A stretch of DNA of 64,000 bases from Candidatus Bathyarchaeia archaeon (lineage in GTDB: Archaea > Thermoproteota > CALKCG01 > B24). The stretch lies in assembly GCA_038870975.1 (NCBI GenBank), contig JAVZJD010000001.1:288001-352000 (forward strand), given 5' to 3'. Both the position numbers and the translations under genes were made by a program. Shown here in pieces: positions 59,031 to 64,000 of the stretch (its first letter is position 1; the number at the start of each line of letters is the position of its first letter). Below the pieces are notes generated by a model that made no database searches, was not told the DNA's origin, and worked only from the letters and a program-made list of their open reading frames with translations.

Positions 59031-59999
59031 TCAGTGCATGACCTCCCAAACTACATTTAACGGCTTTTGACCTTTAAATACCCTCATGATATTTTCAACG
59101 CAGAATTCTGCGGCTTCTGTGAAGAAATTTACAGACCAGCTTGCCTGATGGAGACTTAATTGGACTCTTCTCAATTTAAGCATAGGATTACTTTTTGGGA
59201 CTGGCTCTATGCTCCACACGTCTATATGTGCCGATTTCAATCTACCACTCTTAATCACTCTGTATAGCGCCTCTTCATCTACAACAGCGCCTCTAGAAGT
59301 ATTTACGAGTATGGCATTCCGCTTCATAATGTTTAGTTCACGCCATCCTATCATATGTCTAGTCTCCTCGGTTAAAGGGGTGTGAATTGTAACTACGTCT
59401 GAGACTTTAAGCAGTTGTTCAAGTCGCTCAGACCTTTCAACGCCAGCATTTCTAATAGTCTCATCAGAAACATAGGGATCATATACGAGAATTTTTACTT
59501 TGAAAGGTTTGAGTAACATAGCTACCTGTCGCCCTATCCTACCAAAGCCAATTATGCCTACGATTTTCCCTGTTAGTCTTTCAGACAGTACCTTTGGTCT
59601 AGCGCTCCACTCGGCTTTTCTAGCCATATGGTCCCTCTCCCTAATCCTATGAAGTATCGAGAGAATGGCTGCCAATGTAAATTCTGCCACATCTAAACTG
59701 TTTATCCCAGGTATATTGCAGACGTATATCTGCCTATTCTTACATAGTTCTACAGGTATGTTGTCAACACCAACTCCAAACTTTTGAATAATCTTAAGCT
59801 TTTCAGTTTTCTCAATAGGTCTGCTCGGTATTTTTGAATCTGCGACAATAATTCCATCAAAGTCTAACAATTTATCTTCGGGAACATATTCGTGAAAGAC
59901 TTTCGAGGCTTCGGCTTCTACGCCGAACCTCCTAAGAAGATTAATCATCTTCTCATACATGGGAATTGGCTCCGTTATATACACTCTAAACCTCTCCAA
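59031..59999 (-). CDS. D-2-hydroxyacid dehydrogenase
   Basis: GVGVDNI, GIIGFGRIG, HTPLT, NTSRG, DVWSIEP. Confidence 0.9.
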   Translation of the reverse strand: MERFRVYITEPIPMYEKMINLLRRFGVEAEASKVFHEYVPEDKLLDFDGIIVADSKIPSRPIEKTEKLKIIQKFGVGVDNIPVELCKNRQIYVCNIPGINSLDVAEFTLAAILSILHRIRERDHMARKAEWSARPKVLSERLTGKIVGIIGFGRIGRQVAMLLKPFKVKILVYDPYVSDETIRNAGVERSERLEQLLKVSDVVTIHTPLTEETRHMIGWRELNIMKRNAILVNTSRGAVVDEEALYRVIKSGRLKSAHIDVWSIEPVPKSNPMLKLRRVQLSLHQASWSVNFFTEAAEFCVENIMRVFKGQKPLNVVWEVMH

Positions 60000-60093
60000 G
60001 CTTCGGCACCTATTGGAAAATGTCTTGAGCTTAAGTTTAAGGTTTAATGTTAAATATTCGTTCTTGTATTTAATACGAATTGGAGGGGTTTAA

Positions 60094-60618
60094 ATCCCTA
60101 CCTGTGAAGTTTGCGGTAAAAATGTACCAGTACTCACTAGAGTTGTAATAGAGGGCGTTGATGTTTCCGTATGTCAAAATTGCAGTAGGCTGGGAAAACC
60201 TGTCAAAGCCACTGCCGCTAATAAGTTAAAATTTGCAAGTCAACCTACACTTAGGACTACGGCTAAGACGACTAAAAACATAAAGCCGTTAAAAGCTCCA
60301 AGTAGAGATATTGAGAAGTCAATCGAATCTTACACTCTAGTTGAGAACTTTGGCCTCTTGGTTAAAAATGCTAGAGAACATATGGGTCTATCGCACGAAG
60401 AACTCGGTACTAAACTTGGCGAAAAAGCTTCAGTAATACGTAAAATAGAGCAGGGTAAGCTTAAACCAGATAACGTACTGGCAAGAAAACTTGAACATTT
60501 CCTTAAAATTAAGCTTTTAACACCGTTGACTGAGTTAAAGGCTGTAAGCGTCTCTAAGGTTGAAGAAGAGGGTTTAACTATAGGGGATCTTCTCAAAAAG
60601 AAGATTGACGAAACCTGA
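60094..60618 (+). CDS. mbf1: archaeal multiprotein bridging factor aMBF1 (Zn ribbon plus HTH), apparent ATC start
   Basis: (I)PTCEVCG...IEG...VCQNC is in frame with the HTH ORF at 60358-60618. Confidence 0.88.
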   Translation: MPTCEVCGKNVPVLTRVVIEGVDVSVCQNCSRLGKPVKATAANKLKFASQPTLRTTAKTTKNIKPLKAPSRDIEKSIESYTLVENFGLLVKNAREHMGLSHEELGTKLGEKASVIRKIEQGKLKPDNVLARKLEHFLKIKLLTPLTELKAVSVSKVEEEGLTIGDLLKKKIDET

Positions 60619-60707
60619 AGGTTGGTTTTTAAACATGTGTTTTGTATAGTTTTAAATGAGACGAGGAGTAGATTCCGGCGTATAAAGCGTTCTTAAGGTG
60701 GTTTTCC

Positions 60708-61241
60708 GTGAAAATCTACGTACTTCGGCTTGGACATAGATTTGCTAGAGACAAGCGTATAACTACTCACGTGGGCTTAATAGCTAGAGCACTTGGAGCA
60801 GACGGTATAATAATATCTGGCGACAGAGACGATAAGCTTGTCAAAAGCCTGGAAAAGGTAGTTGAATTATGGGGAGGCCCTTTTGAAATCCAGTATGTTG
60901 AAGACTGGTATAATCTACTTAAGTCTTTTAAAAAAGACGGATGGGAGTTAATACACTTAACTGTCTATGGACTTCCAATACAAAACGCGATAGACTCTAT
61001 AAGAAGCTCGGATAGGAATAAGCTCATAATAGTTGGTGCAAGTAAGGTTCCAAGAGTGGTTTATGAACTCGCGGATTGGAATGTAGCGGTTTCTTCTCAA
61101 CCCCACTCAGAATGCGGTAGTCTAGCTGTTTTTTTAGACAGGTTTTTCCAAGGTAGAGAACTATCGAAGGAATTCGAAGGGTGGAAACTTAAAGTCATCC
61201 CCCAGGCTAAAGGGAAAAAGGTCATTAGACGTTTGTCATAA
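60708..61241 (+). CDS. trm56: tRNA (cytidine56-2'-O)-methyltransferase
   Basis: LRLGHR..RDKRITTHV, WGG, HLTVYG, QPHSE. Confidence 0.95.
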   Translation: MKIYVLRLGHRFARDKRITTHVGLIARALGADGIIISGDRDDKLVKSLEKVVELWGGPFEIQYVEDWYNLLKSFKKDGWELIHLTVYGLPIQNAIDSIRSSDRNKLIIVGASKVPRVVYELADWNVAVSSQPHSECGSLAVFLDRFFQGRELSKEFEGWKLKVIPQAKGKKVIRRLS

Positions 61242-61257
61242 CGTAGAGGTTTAAAGG

Positions 61258-61845
61258 TTGAGAACTGGTATAATCTTGGCGGGCGGGTATAGTAGGAGAT
61301 TTGGAACTGTTAAAGCTCTGATACCTTTAAACGGGAAACCCATGATAGTTCATGTAGTTGAACGATTAAAACCTCTTGTAGATGAGCTTATAGTCGTGGT
61401 TAAAAAGCGTATTAGAAGCATAGAAGAAGTCTTAGAAGACAGTTGTGTGCAGATATGTGAAGACATTCTTCCAATACAAGCCCCCCTAGTAGGTCTTTTA
61501 ACTGGATTTGAAAATTCAAACTATGAGTATGCGATAGTATCGCCGTGCGATTCGCCAGAGACCGATCCGATGGCTATACATAAGCTTTTCGAAGAAGCTT
61601 TAGGTTTAGACGCTGCTATACCGATGTGGAATAATGGGTTTATCGAACCGTTACATGCGGTCTACAGGGTTAAACCGTGTATAGAAGCCTCTTGGAGGGT
61701 CTTAGAAGAGGGTTCTTTAAGCGTCAGAGCGATGATAGCGAGGTTAAATATAGTAAAGTATGTGAAGGCCGAAGAGCTTGGAAATCCTAAACACTTTTTA
61801 AACTTAAATACAGTCGAGGATTTTAAAGCATCGACTCTATTATAG
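61258..61845 (+). CDS. mobA: molybdenum cofactor guanylyltransferase
   Basis: ILAGGYSRRFG, KAL, PCDSP, EPLHAVY, NLNT. Confidence 0.9.
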   Translation: MRTGIILAGGYSRRFGTVKALIPLNGKPMIVHVVERLKPLVDELIVVVKKRIRSIEEVLEDSCVQICEDILPIQAPLVGLLTGFENSNYEYAIVSPCDSPETDPMAIHKLFEEALGLDAAIPMWNNGFIEPLHAVYRVKPCIEASWRVLEEGSLSVRAMIARLNIVKYVKAEELGNPKHFLNLNTVEDFKASTLL

Positions 61846-61939
61846 TGAAAGTTGTCTAATTCAAGTCCTTCATATGTTTGATTGAAAGTCTTATTTAATG
61901 AGTTTTAGAGCCTCTAGCTTAAAATATCTTGTAGTATTT

Positions 61940-62566
61940 TCACTCCACTTTTTGACAATACTTCATCAATGGGCATTTCGCACACAGCCTCTTCTTACAG
62001 TACTCTAAGTTTAATCTTACTAGAGCTGACTCGTAAAGCTCTACATTTTTTAAACCTATGCGCTGAGCTGTTTCTACAGCCATTTTAGACGGTTTTGGTC
62101 TTGCTTTATCCCATATACCTCTAAGCTCCCTTAGGAATATATTTACTGCAACTGGACCAACGCCCTTAAACGTTTGTAGTATCCTCTCAAGATCTTCTGG
62201 GCTACTTGCTTTTGCATATAGTTCTTCTAGACTTCCATATTCTGTTTTAAGCTTTTCCATTATTCTCATTAAGTTTATGGCTGTTGAAAAGTCATACCTG
62301 ACGTAGCCTCCTGAATCAAGCACTTCAACTAAACGCTCCCATCCAGCTTCAAGTATTTTCTCTGGCGTTGTAAGTCCCTCTTCGATAAAACGCCGGTAGG
62401 TTCTCTTAGCTATATCAGCTGAGACCCTCTTTGCAAAGAGTATGGATGCTAAAAACCATTTAAATCTATCTTCAGGTTTTGTTAGGTCTAAACCCAGTTC
62501 TTCAGAGTAGCTTCTTAACCTTGAAATAACCTCTTCAACGCTCATTGAAACCCCTATATAATGCAT
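61940..62566 (-). CDS. HhH-GPD DNA glycosylase-like protein
   Basis: FKGVGPVAVNIFLREL HhH motif; C-terminal CKKRLCAKCPLMKYC. Confidence 0.75.
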   Translation of the reverse strand: MHYIGVSMSVEEVISRLRSYSEELGLDLTKPEDRFKWFLASILFAKRVSADIAKRTYRRFIEEGLTTPEKILEAGWERLVEVLDSGGYVRYDFSTAINLMRIMEKLKTEYGSLEELYAKASSPEDLERILQTFKGVGPVAVNIFLRELRGIWDKARPKPSKMAVETAQRIGLKNVELYESALVRLNLEYCKKRLCAKCPLMKYCQKVE

Positions 62567-62702
62567 TATACTAGTATACTAAAACCATTGCATCTCCCTT
62601 AAAGTTTAAGATAGCAGTGTTATCATAGTTTGGATTTGAAAGTACGTGAATTGACAAGTAAAGCAACGTTTTTAACCTTGTCTTAAAATGTTTGGTTAGA
62701 AT

Positions 62703-64000
62703 ATGGTCTTTGATAATCCCTGGGGTGTATTTTTAACAGAAGCCCATAGTGTTTTAGAAAAAGCATTCAAACTGGCTTATCCGGAAATTGAAGTGAATAT
62801 TCAGCTTGATAAGCCACCATCTCGAGAATATGGAGATTTAAGCTGTTCAGCCTGTTTAAGTCTCGCTAAGAAAATCTCTACCGATCCTATGGAGGTTGCG
62901 GAGACTGTTCTTAAACAAATATCTTTGGAAGGTTCAATTTTCATAGAGAAAATTCTCGTCAGTAAACCTGGCTATTTAAACATATACTTGAAGCGTCCTA
63001 TAATGATAGGAGAGGCTTTGAATTCAGCTTTAACACTTAAAGACGAATGGGGATATGTTAAAACAGATAAGTCTCTCAGGATAGTTGTAGAGCATACTAG
63101 TGTTAATCCAATACACCCTATAACAATTGGACATGCTAGAAATACGTTTCTGGGGGATTCTCTAGCGAGGATTCTCAGCGCCCGCGGTCACCGTGTTTTA
63201 AGACACTTCTACGTCGATGATGTTGGCGGTCAAGTGGCGCTCTTAGCTTATGCATATAAACTGGTTGGTGATACAATATTCAAGCTTGACGTGAAACCAG
63301 ACCACGCTATAGGTAGAGTTTATACGATGATATCTGCTTTAGTTGAAATTAGAAAGCTCAGGAATAAAGCTGAAGCTCTTAAAAAATTGGGTAAATATGA
63401 AGAAGCTAGACGGGTAGAAGAGGAGCTTTCAGAATGGATGGTAATACTATCCGAAGTTGAAAGGAAGAACTCAGACATTCTCCAAATACTCTTAAACGGT
63501 ATGAAGTCTCTAGATCCAGAGGAAGAAGTCAGAGAGATCTTAAGAGCCTATGAGCTTGGATCTGAAGAAGCAAAAAAATTAATCAGACCGATAGTGGAGA
63601 AGTGTCTCACAGGGTTTAAAGAAACCCTTGAAAGAGTAGGTGTTTCGTTCGATTTTTGGGATTGGGAGAGCGAAGTCGTCTGGTCCAACCTTGTTAAAAA
63701 AGTTTTATATGGGCTTATGAAGAGTGGCTATGTTAAATTTGAAAACAATGTGCCTGAATTTGAAGCTGGAAAAATAGTTGAGGACCCGATTGTAAGGAGA
63801 AGACTAAGAATACCAGATGGGTTTGAAATACCTAGCTTAACTCTCCTAAGAGCCGATGGATTAACGCTTTATCCAACTAGAGACATAGCATATAGCATAC
63901 TTAAGTTCCAAAACGCCGATAGAGTGATAAACGTTGTAGGATTCGACCAGACTCTTCCCCAAATACATGTCCGTATAGCATTATACGTCTTAGGCTACAA
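62703..64000 (+). CDS. argS: arginyl-tRNA synthetase, 3' truncated by the window edge
   Basis: EYGDLS, PGYLN, VEHTSVNP..PITIGHARN..LGD, WES, RADG..LYPTRDIAY. Confidence 0.95.
   Translation, partial: MVFDNPWGVFLTEAHSVLEKAFKLAYPEIEVNIQLDKPPSREYGDLSCSACLSLAKKISTDPMEVAETVLKQISLEGSIFIEKILVSKPGYLNIYLKRPIMIGEALNSALTLKDEWGYVKTDKSLRIVVEHTSVNPIHPITIGHARNTFLGDSLARILSARGHRVLRHFYVDDVGGQVALLAYAYKLVGDTIFKLDVKPDHAIGRVYTMISALVEIRKLRNKAEALKKLGKYEEARRVEEELSEWMVILSEVERKNSDILQILLNGMKSLDPEEEVREILRAYELGSEEAKKLIRPIVEKCLTGFKETLERVGVSFDFWDWESEVVWSNLVKKVLYGLMKSGYVKFENNVPEFEAGKIVEDPIVRRRLRIPDGFEIPSLTLLRADGLTLYPTRDIAYSILKFQNADRVINVVGFDQTLPQIHVRIALYVLGY

Overview
Gene-dense archaeal chromosome segment. TFE, aEF-1beta, aMBF1, Hjc, aTrm56, an intron-containing tRNA, a C/D box sRNA, TATA promoters and many TTG starts point to a TACK archaeon, plausibly Bathyarchaeia (inference). 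It holds about 60 CDS, three tRNAs (Gly-TCC, Val-GAC, Leu-CAA with a 22-nt intron) and scattered sugar-catabolism genes. The centrepiece is a sulfur/cofactor block: moaD-moaE, copA, nadA, a COG0523 GTPase and larE, then fdhD, sulfide-dependent homocysteine synthase, an HTH regulator, a SerK-like/cysteine synthase fusion, ttuA, two ubiquitin-like carriers, an E1, sufS and thi4. An accessory island at about 18.9-24.2 kb interrupts it. The strongest new signal is a palindrome, ATAAC-N3-GTTAT, at or just downstream of the TATA boxes of copA, nadA, the cysteine synthase, the homocysteine synthase, thi4, moaD and the Cys-bearing HTH gene itself. This suggests an undescribed sulfur/Fe-S regulon. Also notable are an origin-like repeat array beside tRNA-Val, a fused HEPN-MNT gene, paired radical SAM paralogues next to pentose genes, an ATC-started aMBF1, a C33 tRNA-Gly and a decayed nuclease island beside tRNA-Leu. 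All calls come from motif recognition by eye; no searches were run.
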